Below, piece by piece: positions 34,636-46,300 of a DNA stretch of 64,000 nt. Location of the stretch: positions 3,224,001 through 3,288,000 of the forward strand of contig CM035358.1 in NCBI GenBank assembly GCA_020137815.1, written 5' to 3'. A model generated the notes under the pieces. That model saw only the letters and a list, made by a program, of their open reading frames with translations. It ran no database searches and was not told the DNA's origin. This DNA is from Hormiphora californensis (lineage: Eukaryota > Animalia > Ctenophora). Positions within the stretch are counted from its first letter, which is position 1. Every line of letters begins with the position of its first letter. Made by a program: the position numbers and the translations under genes.

Positions 34636-34983
34636 GGTATGCTCTCTTTGGTGATCATAGAATCTTGGTATAGAAAGAAAGGGGACTGTGTGTTCGTGTG
34701 TGAATCAGGGGGGGTATGCTCTCTTTGGTGATCATAGAATCTTGGTATAGAAAGAAAGGGACTGTGTGTTCGTGCGTGAATCAGGGGGGGGGTATGCTCT
34801 CTTTGGTGATCATAGAATCTTGGTATAGAAAGAAAGGGACTGTGTGTTCGTGCGTGAATCAGGGGGGGTATGCTCTCTTTGGTGATCATAGAATCTTGGT
34901 ATAGAAAGAAAGGGACTGTGTGTTCGTGCGTGAATCAGGGGGGGGGGGGTATGCTCTCTTTGGTGATCATAGAATCTTGGTAG
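34636..34983. repeat. Minisatellite with a unit of about 58-60 bp
   Basis: Five to six copies of GGTATGCTCTCTTTGGTGATCATAGAATCTTGGTATAGAAAGAAAGGGACTGTGTGTTCGTGCGTGAATCAGGG-like units. Confidence 0.9.
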
Positions 34984-35933
34984 ATTTAGTATATATGTAT
35001 TGCTTAGGACTGTAAACTGGTAAACTCCTTGAAACCAATTGAATTGAGATAATATATCTGTTGTCTCATATAAGACCGTCCTCTTCGCACCGGGCCGGGT
35101 TGCGCGATGTACAGTCAGTGCCTGACAATATATCTGGAGGTTGTTTTATATCAACCATACATACGCGTTGTTAAAGAATCTCCTCCCATAGTCCTCTCTA
35201 GCAAAGTTTCTCAACAGGTGGTATGGGATTAAGGGGGGAAAGCGGTTTTGGGGGGGAGGGGGGGAAAAAGGGGAAAAAAAAAAAAAATAGCTCCTCCCCT
35301 CTTCCCTTTTTTTTCCCCCCTTTTAAAAATTTTTTTAAAATTTAAAAAATTATCCCCGGAACCTTGGTTTTGAAATCAGTTTTAGGTGTTAATGATGAAA
35401 AAATTTTTTGAAAAAGTAGGTCAGGTATGCTTAACATCATATCAAAGATCGTGGCAAAGTTTGAAGTTTCTATCTTGAAAGGTCTGGCCATCAAAATTAA
35501 AAAGGTCTTGAAGTTGAACCATTTGTACAAAACATGTTGTAACTCAGCTTCTACTTTGCCAAATTAAACCTGGTTTGAAACACTGAACTGCTAATCTATC
35601 CCTCCGAATACGGACGAAGTTTGAAACCGCCAGCTCTATTGGCCGCTCTGCAATACTTGTTTGTGTCAAAGAAATCTGGAAAGTAACGAGATTTGGTCTC
35701 GGTGTGGCCCTGTGCGCGGCTCAAACCCCTTAGCTAGAACTATGTAGTGTAGACTACAACTTTTCAGTGCTCAGTATAACGTTTTGGGCGCGCTATAAAA
35801 ATAGGGCAAGCCCTTCTGATACCTCTAAACAGAGTGTGAGGTGTCTTCGATACCAAAAGATAAAGCGTGTCAACTTGATAATTATCACTTATCCCCTGAC
35901 TGCATCTAGTGACGAAGAGAATCTTGAGCGGAG

Positions 35934-36114
35934 GGGAAGGAATTATGAAGGAGTAACCAGGGGAAGGAATTATGAAGGAGTAACCAAGGGAAGGGATTAT
36001 GAAGGAGTAACCAGGGGAAGGAATTATGAAGGAGTAACCATGGGAAGGAATTATGAAGGAGTAACCAGGGGAAGAAATTATGAAGGAGTAACCAAGGGAA
36101 GGAATTATGAAGGA
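35934..36114. repeat. 24-bp minisatellite
   Basis: (GGAAGGAATTATGAAGGAGTAACC-like) about 7 copies. Confidence 0.9.
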
Positions 36115-37454
36115 GCAGCCACCTTCCCCCTCCTGTCGAACACCTGGTCATTATCATCAGACCGTTGAGAGAGAGAGAGAGAGAGAAAGAGCGAATTTTC
36201 TAGAACACCAAACCTTTTCAAATCTCATCATAAACGATACACCCTGCTGTGTGCATGATGGTTTTTGAAACATTGCATTTTGTCTCAAATGAATATGTTG
36301 CATTCATCAAGTGATATTGTACCTAGGGTCCACACACAAGTGTGCTTCTTGTTTATATCTGATCTAGAAGGATCTCCCAGTCCTTCTTCTTCTTCTGACA
36401 TGTCCTCTGTCGAGCCATTACAAGAGCTATAAGAGAGTTAGAGAGACAAATAATAAAGCAGTTACTAGTCACAATTGGATCGCCATGACAAAAAAGAGGG
36501 AGGGAGAGAGAGGGATAGAGAGAATAAAATAGTACACGCGGTATTCTAGATCCTTGTTCGCTCTAACCTCTCTGATCTCTTTGCTTCCATCCTTCAATAG
36601 ACACAATCGGGCGTGGCAGTTGTTTGACGTCCTTTGATCCTTGGTCCTTGTAACCCTCTTGAATTACTAGGCTCGTGGCGTCTAGTATTATAATAATATA
36701 TCATCTAGATATAGCATCATTCAGAGCGCCAATGAATTGTGTGTATTCTGAGATGTTAAAGGCCCTATAGGTTATACTGGCCTAGCTGTTCCATAAATGC
36801 AGTTCTTTAGTCTTATGGGACGCATATAATAATAACGGATAGAGAAAGAGAGATACTCAGGGGAGGGGCTAGGGAGAGAGGGGCTGGGAAGATAGAGAGA
36901 GATTGGTTTTTACTTCATGTTTGTTTTACATCCGACATGCAGCTCAGCGTCCCCGGATTCATTTTACATAGCCCCTCAGTCCTGACCTATAATAGACATT
37001 AGGGTAATTCTTGTTGTAGATGGAGATCAATGATTATATCTTTAGATGTCAGTTAGAAATTGGAATGCAGGAAGAGTCTGCTCTTCCCGGATGAGAGAGA
37101 GAGAGAGAGAGAGAGAGAGGTAGAGATACAATGAGCTAGAGAGTAGATATAAAATGAGATGGGCTTTGCTTACACAAAAAAGGGTTTTCAATCTGTTGTA
37201 TAGTTCTTTCGGTGCCAATACCTACATCATGTGATCAATGTGTGTGTGTGAGACTGCGTGTATGTGTTCCCTCATCCTATGTGGGGATATATTCATTTCC
37301 CTTTTTCGTTGCCTTGTTTTCAATGTTTTCAATGTTTTCATACACAACTAGCTGGTTATTTAGTTTAGCTAGCTGCTAGAGTCCGATCATATATACCACA
37401 AGTACCAAGTTGTGTACTAAGTTACAATGCCATTCTATCTAGTAAGCTGTCTGT

Positions 37455-37524
<70 letters not shown>

Positions 37525-37919
37525 TCTCTCTTTCTCTCCCTTGGTTTATGATACATACAGCGCCAACCTAATGCTTTTCTCTCTCACTTCCTCCTTGCGC
37601 ATCTAATTGTCTGTTTTATGTATGCTCTTTCTCATCCCTCTTCCCCTGTACATCTTCCAATATCCACCTATTGAAGGCATTCACAATGCAGCCCTTCAAT
37701 GACTATTTGAAGTAGTTAGAGTACGGTGACTAGTTGGAGTAGTCGTTATGACGTCATAATTCCTGTGTAACGTGTCTTTGAGTAGTTAGTTATTTAGGAC
37801 AGTACTAGATCTGTGTACATTGCGTGTATATACACTGTATATTAGGTAAACAAACATTCTTGACATCATATTGTTTCCATATCTCAGTCCATTTCCGGTT
37901 TACTAAACCCCGGGCCTAT

Positions 37920-38130
37920 AGCACCACCATACTAGATCACACATAATCCCAGCCAGTACCACAATAATCACACACATAATCCCAGCCAGTACCACAATAA
38001 TCACACACATAATCCCAGCCAGCACCACCATACTAGATCCCACACATAATCCCAGCCAGTACCACAATAATCACACACATAATCCCAGCCAGTACCACCA
38101 TAATATATCACACATAATCCCAGCCACCAC
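37920..38130. repeat. Minisatellite with a unit of about 30 bp
   Basis: Repeated CACACATAATCCCAGCCAGTACCAC. Confidence 0.85.
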
Positions 38131-38145
38131 GGTGACACTAGAAGC

Positions 38146-39502
38146 CAGGAAACGACCGAACCGGGTTTTTTTCCACCGAACCGAACCGAACCGAATTTGA
38201 AAAACTTTTTTACCGAACCGAACCGAACCGAACCGAACCGAATTTCGGTAACCGAACCGAACCGAACCATACAAAACTTTTTCTGTATAAATGTTTCTCT
38301 AAAAAGTCATGGAGAGCACCGATCAAGGTATTGAGAATCATTCTCTGAAATTTTGTTAAAAAATGTTTGAAAAAATTTCAGAGTCAATTTTGTGAAAAAA
38401 TTTTCAAAGTCAATTTTATCGTAAATTTTCTATGTCAATTTTTGCGTACGAATCGTGTTTCGAATCGGCAATGATATACGGGAATGGTATTGCTAATTAG
38501 CAGGATTAAACGAACCATGAATCGTGTCTCTCTAAATTTCCTAATAAGATTTGATGGGGGATCACGTATCAGCACAATCCATCTCGGACCCACTAATTAC
38601 CAACATCACTCCCGTTTAGCATTGTCGATTAGAAACACGATTCGTATACCATATTTTACTTAAAATATTTTTCACAAAAAAAATTTCACAAAATTTCAGG
38701 TAATGATTCTCAATACCTTGATCGATGCTCTCCATGAATTTTTAGAGAAACATTTAATTTTGTGAAAAAACTTCAAAGTCAATTTCGGGAAAAAAAATTC
38801 TATGTCAATTTTGCCGTACGAATCGTGTTGCGAATCGGTGATGCTATGCGGCAGTGCTCTCGCTAATTAGCATGATTTATTGAAACATGAATCGTTTCCC
38901 CTAAACTTCCTAATTAGATTTGATGGGGGGTCACGTATCACTATCAGCATAATCCATCTCGGACCCACTAATTAGCAACATCACTCCCGCTTAGCAATAC
39001 CGATTCGAAACACGATTCGTACGCAAAAATTTACATAGAAAATTTTCCATAAAATTGACTTTGAAATATTTTCCAAACTTTTTTACAAAATTTCAGAGAA
39101 TGATTCTTAACACCTTGATCGGTGCTCTCCATGAATTTTTTGAAAAAAAAAGTTTCTGACTTTGTTGACCCTCTCATGAGGACACGATTCGACGGGAAGT
39201 CAGGTATCAAATCAATCCATATCGAACCCGCTAACTAGCGAAATCATTTCCACATAGCACCACCGATTCGAAATAGGGGGGGAAATAGGGTTAATACGGC
39301 GAAATTGACATTGAAATCCATATAATTTTCGTGAAATAATTGAAAATTTTGCATGAAAAAGCCCGATTTCTGGGCATTTTTTGACCAAAAAATTCGGTGG
39401 TTCGGCCAAAATTTCCTACCGAACCGAACCGAACCGAACCGCCCAAAAAACACCGAATTTCCGAACCGAACCGAACCGAACCGAATATTCGGTCGCTTCC
39501 TG
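38146..39502. mobile_element. Non-autonomous hAT-like element, copy 1
   Basis: TIRs CAGGAAACGACCGAA / TTCGGTCGCTTCCTG, perfect 8-bp TSD CTAGAAGC, subterminal (CCGAA)n arrays. Confidence 0.92.
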
Positions 39503-39739
39503 CTAGAAGCGCTGCTATACTGTCATGTAGTAGTGCGGTGTCTCTTCACCCACTCACACTGGTATCTCACACTTCTAGATTTGCTTGCAGATCCGCTTCC
39601 TTCGTGTATGTGATGTTTTCAGTGGTGTTGTAAGCTTTGGATCGCATGTATCTGAATGATATTGATGTAGATAGATCTAGACAATTACCACCCACCAGGC
39701 GTACTTATGACTAGTTGGTTCTGATTCTTTCTTTCTCTC

Positions 39740-39809
<70 letters not shown>

Positions 39810-40376
39810 TCTCTATCTCTCTCTTTCCTGTTGTACACAGCCCAAAATACATTTCCCAAATATTCATGAATCGTCTCATACCAGTCATGCTTTAACTAGA
39901 TGGTAGATGGAGCTGTATGAGCTAAGGAATAATATATTTTAGTCACGCGCTTCTTTATTGTAATATTTAGTGGCCACTAGCATAACTTTTGGGTGGCGGC
40001 GTTGTATAGCTGACGCTGTAATAATTCCCAATTTGTCCTTTTTGATTAGAAAAATCAGCGATTTTGACATCACGATCCTTTTGCTTCACTAATTTTATGT
40101 GATTTATAACCATCAGTTGAATTGTGATCATACCTGCCAATATCATACGATTTGCAATGATTTATTATTGTTTTTTATTATTATTGTTTTATTATTGTTT
40201 TTTTTATTTTGTGCGTATAACAAGTTTCCCAAATTGAAATTGATTTATATTAGAACGCTTTTAAATTCATTCAATTGAGAACTAACCCCCTTATTTTCCT
40301 GTCTAGTGAGCTATAGCTGAAAGTCCCTACGAAGCAATGGTGTAAATACGAAATACAACATATAACAATCTACATA

Positions 40377-43300
40377 ATGAAATTACTACTAGTACTAATC
40401 ATCTTACTGGTAAGTTCAATGTGTCCTCAAACGTTCCGTAGACACTAGACTGTATGTCATTCTGCCGCATATTTAACGGTATTTTAACCTCTTCTTAGTC
40501 GCACATCGGAGTACTTGGCTACCACGACGGGTTAAGTAATCGTCAGTTCCATTGCTGGAACCTGGTAGACGCCAACCAAAAAAACGACTTCCCCTGCGAA
40601 AGTAAGTAGTTTGGTTGATCCCCCGACCCCCTCCTTTCCCTCCTATCCCTCTTTCTACAGATGTTAACATTGTGTGGTTGAAGAGCCCCCTCTCCCCTGA
40701 ACCCCCCTCTTTCTACAGATGTTAATTTTGTGTGGTTGAAGGAGCCCCCTAAGGAGGTGGTCCAGGGACAGCCTTTTAATGTGACCTACGAGTTGCAATT
40801 CCCTGATAATGATTCCACTGAGTTCTACCAGTGGCTACTCGATAATGGCTTTATGGACCAATACAATTCAACAGACGAGGTAACGTGATTGCAACAAATT
40901 GTGTAGTATTCTTACCTAACTTCTGAGGTCCTTCTAACTCGTTTCACTTTCTGCTCTCGGAGATCCCGATTGAGCACTGTTGGTGGAAAGCGAGCCAATC
41001 CTGTGTCTATCTAACTTATATGTATGTGTCCCCCAGGTGGCAAACTTCTGTGAAAGGGAAGAATGTGACCATCCAAACCTGGCCGATGCAGAAAATTGCT
41101 GTGTCCATCATATTAACATCCACTCCTGTCCCGAGGAAGAGGTAAGAGTAGTAGGTGTTACCATATTTGGGAATTATATTTGGGTATGACGTCATCACAT
41201 GCCCAAATATGGACGTGATATGGTCCATTCTTGTCCTGAACCTGAGGTAAGGGCAAGTTTAACGATGGTCTTCTTTAGTATATATACTAGTACATAGACT
41301 CTACACCGTTCAACGTATCATGATATAACAACACCCCCCCCCCCCATAGATTCTCAAACTGGGGGATGTGTGTGGTCCATGGATTCAGCCTATGGGTACA
41401 GTCTTCACCCACACCCCCTCTAATGCCTCTAAGATAGAGATGTGGGAGACAGAGGTTGTACTAACCAACCTCTTCACCAACTGGATTATAGCACATCTTA
41501 GGGTGGGCAAGGTCCAGATGGCATTAGGGTGGAAGATGTACGTCAACAAACCTGCCAGTAAGTACAGAACCTGAGAAGTGAAAAATAGCCTCCATTCTGA
41601 CTACAATTACCGACAAAGTCGAGTCATTGGCATGTTCCATGTTCCTAACTCCCGATCCTAAGTTCTTACTCCCCTTCCCTCAGATTGTGGTGACGGGTTT
41701 TGTGATGAGAAGGTAGAGACATGTGAGACGTGTAAGAAGGATTGCTGTCCTGGTCTTTCTCTGGAGATCATTATTGTTATCTCTGTCCTGTGTGCCCTCA
41801 TAGCATTCGTTCTCTTCGTCCTTCTTCCCGGGGTACGTATTGTGTGACTCTGTGAGGGTGCGTAGAGACACGTGGTCGGTAGAGAGACATGTTAGTTGAG
41901 ACATGTTAGGGGTATAGTAGGTAGAAAGGCAAAAGCGTTACCATCATCCTTGTATATGTACAACTAGAAAACTAATAAAAAACAGATCAGGCAGGCCATA
42001 TATTTTCAGTGATGATATAGCATTCTTTATACCTCTCCTCCCACCAGATCTGGTACTACCAAAAGCAGAAGTTCCTTTATGACGAGAGCTGGATGATAAA
42101 CTGGGACGATATCAAGGCATCTACTGGATACAAAGGATTTGGATCGGTCAGGAGCATTGCCAGTACCATGCTCAGTCAGACTAGTATCGGACAAAATGGG
42201 GGCATCAACCCGCCCCCCGTCCGAGGCCAGATCTTCTGTGACACTGGAATCTTGTAAGTGATGTAATGTCATAGTAACGCGTTTAGTTGCCATAGTAGCG
42301 CGTGAGTTACCATAGTAACGCGTGAGTAGCCATAGTAACGCGTGAGTTGTGACGTCACGTTTGTTTCAGTGCGGGAAAGCTTGTGTCAGTTAAGAAGATC
42401 AACAAGAATCAGTTTACACTAAACCGACCCGCTCGAGTGGAGATCAGAAATGTCCGGTATGTTGCTAATCAGAACTTACAATACATGAACTCTGTGTTGT
42501 TAACCAAAGAACTAAAAGTAAAATACACCTGCAAAATAAAAGTGAAGAACTAAAACTGACCTTCCCTTTCAGAGCGTTAGATCACATAAATCTGGCAGCG
42601 TTCCACGGCATTGTAACAGAGATAGAGAACTTCTCCATCATCACAGAGTACTGCAATAAAGGATCACTTAATGATGTCCTACTGAACGATGGAATTCCTC
42701 TAAATTGGGGATTCAGGTACTTGGATCTTCTGGATCTAGAAATAGATTCCTAGATCTAGAAATGTACTTTCTGAGATCTGACCAATATTTTCCCAGACTC
42801 TCAGCTTGTCAACATCATTTGTATAGCTTCACAATGTGCTTATCCAGCATCAGACACTAACCCACCCTTTACTCAACAACTCACACTACTCAGTACCCCA
42901 CCCCTAACTCAACAACCAGGAAGCGACCGAATATTCGGTTCGGTTCGGTTCGGTTCGGAAATTCGGTGTTTTTTGGGCGGTTCGGTTCGGTTCGGTTCGG
43001 TAGGAAATTTTGGCCGAACCACCGAATTTTTTGGTCAAAAAATGCCCAGAAATCGGGCTTTTTCATGCAAAATTTTTCAATTATTTCACGAAAATTGTAT
43101 GGATTTCAATGTCAATTTCGCCGTATTAACCCTATTTCGAATCGGTGGTGCTATGTGGAAATGATTTCGCTAGTTAGCGGGTTCGATATGGATTGATTTG
43201 ATACCTGACTTCCCGTCGAATCGTGTCCTCATGAGAGGGTCAACAAATTCAGAAACTTTTTTTTTCAAAAAATTCATGAAGAGCACCGATCAAGGTGTTA

Positions 43301-46300
43301 AGAATCATTCTCTGAAATTTTGTAAAAAAGTTTGGAAAATATTTCAAAGTCAATTTTATGGAAAATTTTCTATGTCAATTTTTGTGTACGAATCGTGTTT
43401 CGAATCGGTATTGCTAAGCGGGAGTGATGTTGCTAATTAGTGGGTCCGATATGGATTATGCTGATACGTGATCCCCCATCAAATCTAATTAGGAAGTTTA
43501 GGGGAAACGATTCATGTTTCAATAAATCCTGCTAATTAGCGAGAGCACTGCCGCATATCATCACCGATTCGCAACACGATTCGTACGGCAAAATTGACAT
43601 AGAATTTTTTTTTTCCGAAATTGACTTTGAAATATTTTACAAAGTTTTTTCACAAAATTAAATGCTTCTCTAAAAATTCATGGAGAGCATCGATCAAGGT
43701 ATTGAGAATCATTACCTGAAATTTTGTGAAATTTTTTTTTGTGAAGTAAATTATGGTATACGAATCGTGTTTCTAATCGACAATGCTAAATGGGAGTGAT
43801 GTTGGTAATTAGTGGGTCCGAGATGGATTGTGCTGATACGTGATCCCCCATCAAATCTAATTAGGAAATTTAGAGAGACACGATTCATGGTTCGTTTAAT
43901 CCTGCTAATTAGCAATACCATTCCCGTATAGCATTGCCGATTCGAAACACGATTCGTACGCAAAAATTGACATAGAAAATTCACGATAAAATTGACTTTG
44001 AAAATTTTTTCACAAAATTGACTTTGAAATTTTTTCAAACATTTTTTAACAAAATTTCAGAGAATGATTCTCAATACCTTGATCGGTGCTCTCCATGACT
44101 TTTTAGAGAAACATTTATACAGAAAAAGTTTTGTATGGTTCGGTTCGGTTCGGTTACCGAAATTCGGTTCGGTTCGGTTCGGTTCGGTTCGGTAAAAAAG
44201 TTTTTCAAATTCGGTTCGGTTCGGTTCGGTGAAAAAAAACCCGGTTCGGTCGTTTCCTGTCAACAACCCACACTACTCAGTACCCCATCCTTAACTGAAC
44301 AACCCACACTCCTAACTCAATAACCCACACTACTAAGGTTCAGTACCCCACCCACTAATCACCAACCCTACCAGGTTGAGTTTCGCCCAGGATATCTGTA
44401 GGGGTATGGAGTACCTTCACAATCACAAGATGTTCCACGGGAGGCTGAAGAGCAGCAACTGTATTATTGATGACCGATGGGTCTGCAAAATAACCGGTAC
44501 GATTGCCATGGGGTTCTAGGAACATGCCGATACCCTCCTTTCCTTCTATCCTCCAAATAATCTAGCTTCTCTCTCATCTTACTAAAATCTTTACCATTAC
44601 TTACTTACTTTCTCATATCTAGATTACGGTCTATCGAACATCAGGCAGCCCGATGTGGATCCGGAGATCGGGGAAAACTTTAGTTCTCTAAGAGAGAAGA
44701 GAATCAACAGGTATGTTACCAGCAGCTGGACCAAGCTTCACATCATGACGTCACCCATTTGTCTCATCGTCAATATCACCATGTTGGGCGCTATCTCTCT
44801 ATCTAGCTCCCTCCCCCTCTCTCTCTCATTCTCTCTCTGTTTCTCTCTGACAGAGGGGTAGAGGGTGCTAGATGAATCAAAGCCCGTTCGTATTTCGTCT
44901 ATCCTCTCTATCTATCATTTGGATATATTTCCTCCATGATTATCGTCTACATGTAAACCGCTTTTCACTTAACGCCATTGCAGCTAACCCAGCTGTAAAC
45001 TGAGATTTTGATGTTTGTCAGCTTTTCCCCCAAAAAAAACCCGTAGCAGTTTAGCTACAACAAGATTTGAGATTTGTGTGTGGCGTGTGTGTGTGTGTGG
45101 TATGCATGAAGAGGGATTTGAACATATAGCATCAGCAATTCTGACACAAACAAACAGACAAACAAACTGACTTGATATATATATTTGATGCTATGATATG
45201 GAAGGGACCTCCCATCTCTCTCCCTTCTTGGTCCGTGGTGGGGAGGATGTTGGCTGAATTGTTTTTTCTTCTAACGGTGATTTAAATTGTGATATGATCC
45301 GGCCTTTTGTTCCCTGCATCATAAAACTAACAATTCTTTTGACAACCTTTCCTTCTCTTATCTCCCTATCATGCATGTTCCTGCAATCACCAACCAGTTA
45401 ACATGGTAACACACTGTTACCATGTTAACACTGTGCGTGTTACCATGGTAACCAATTTCACAGCTCACCCCCACACACTCACACCAGATTCTAAACCACC
45501 CCATGTAAATTATTACAGGGAACAAACCCGGCAAATGATAACCAGGTAAGCAGAACAAGATGTGAGTCTCAGTGAGTGTCTCTCATTTTGGTGTGTTTGT
45601 GTTTAGAAACTCTCCTTATCGTGGTCAAGTTGTATTAATCACGCGTGACGCGTTATGTCTCACGCGTTACGGTATTAAGGTATTCTATATGTGTGTGTGA
45701 TACCACGCGTTATCAGTCCCACGCGTGATCTAGCTGGTCAAATAAGATAACTGTCGCGTTGGGTGTCTTGGATAGTTGTGTGTGGCTGGGTGAATTATGT
45801 CAATATATTACTGGGTTCTACTAGCTGACAGTACCACGTGTGATCAATATAATATATGTGTGATATCAATATGTGTGTGATCAATGTGTGTGATATATCA
45901 ATGTGTGAACAGTGGAAACTAAATCGACTCGGACAAAGTACCCTCCTGGAGAGTGTTTCCCTTTTTCTGAGCCGCTGCGAAATGAACGATAGACGCTCTC
46001 GCTTTGCACTTTTCCCGCCATATACTCACTAAACTCTATCTCTCTCTCTCTCTCTTTCAACGCTGCACCATCTCTCTCTACCCCGCATTTCTTCACAGTT
46101 GGTTAGAGCCGGGTGCCGTGAATTCTCCTGAGGCAGCGGCAATGGCAGGCACTACTGCACCCTCATCACAGGAAACACAGGGTGTTGAATTCTCCGACCA
46201 GCCCCCCGCTGCCGGTCTAGCATCTAGGTGGGCAGGCTATAGAGCTGCTGCTGCTGCAGTGTGATCAAGTGTGTGATCTGCTGCTGCAGTGTGATCAAGT

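Noticed and set aside
34636-36114. CRISPR-like arrays or coding repeats (RGRNYEGVT ORF)
   Set aside because: Head-to-tail minisatellites without unique spacers in a eukaryotic genome. The ORF is a by-product of a stop-free repeat.
38001-39633. Short ORFs with FGSVR/NRTEP repeats
   Set aside because: Translations of the (CCGAA)n subterminal repeats of a non-autonomous transposon.
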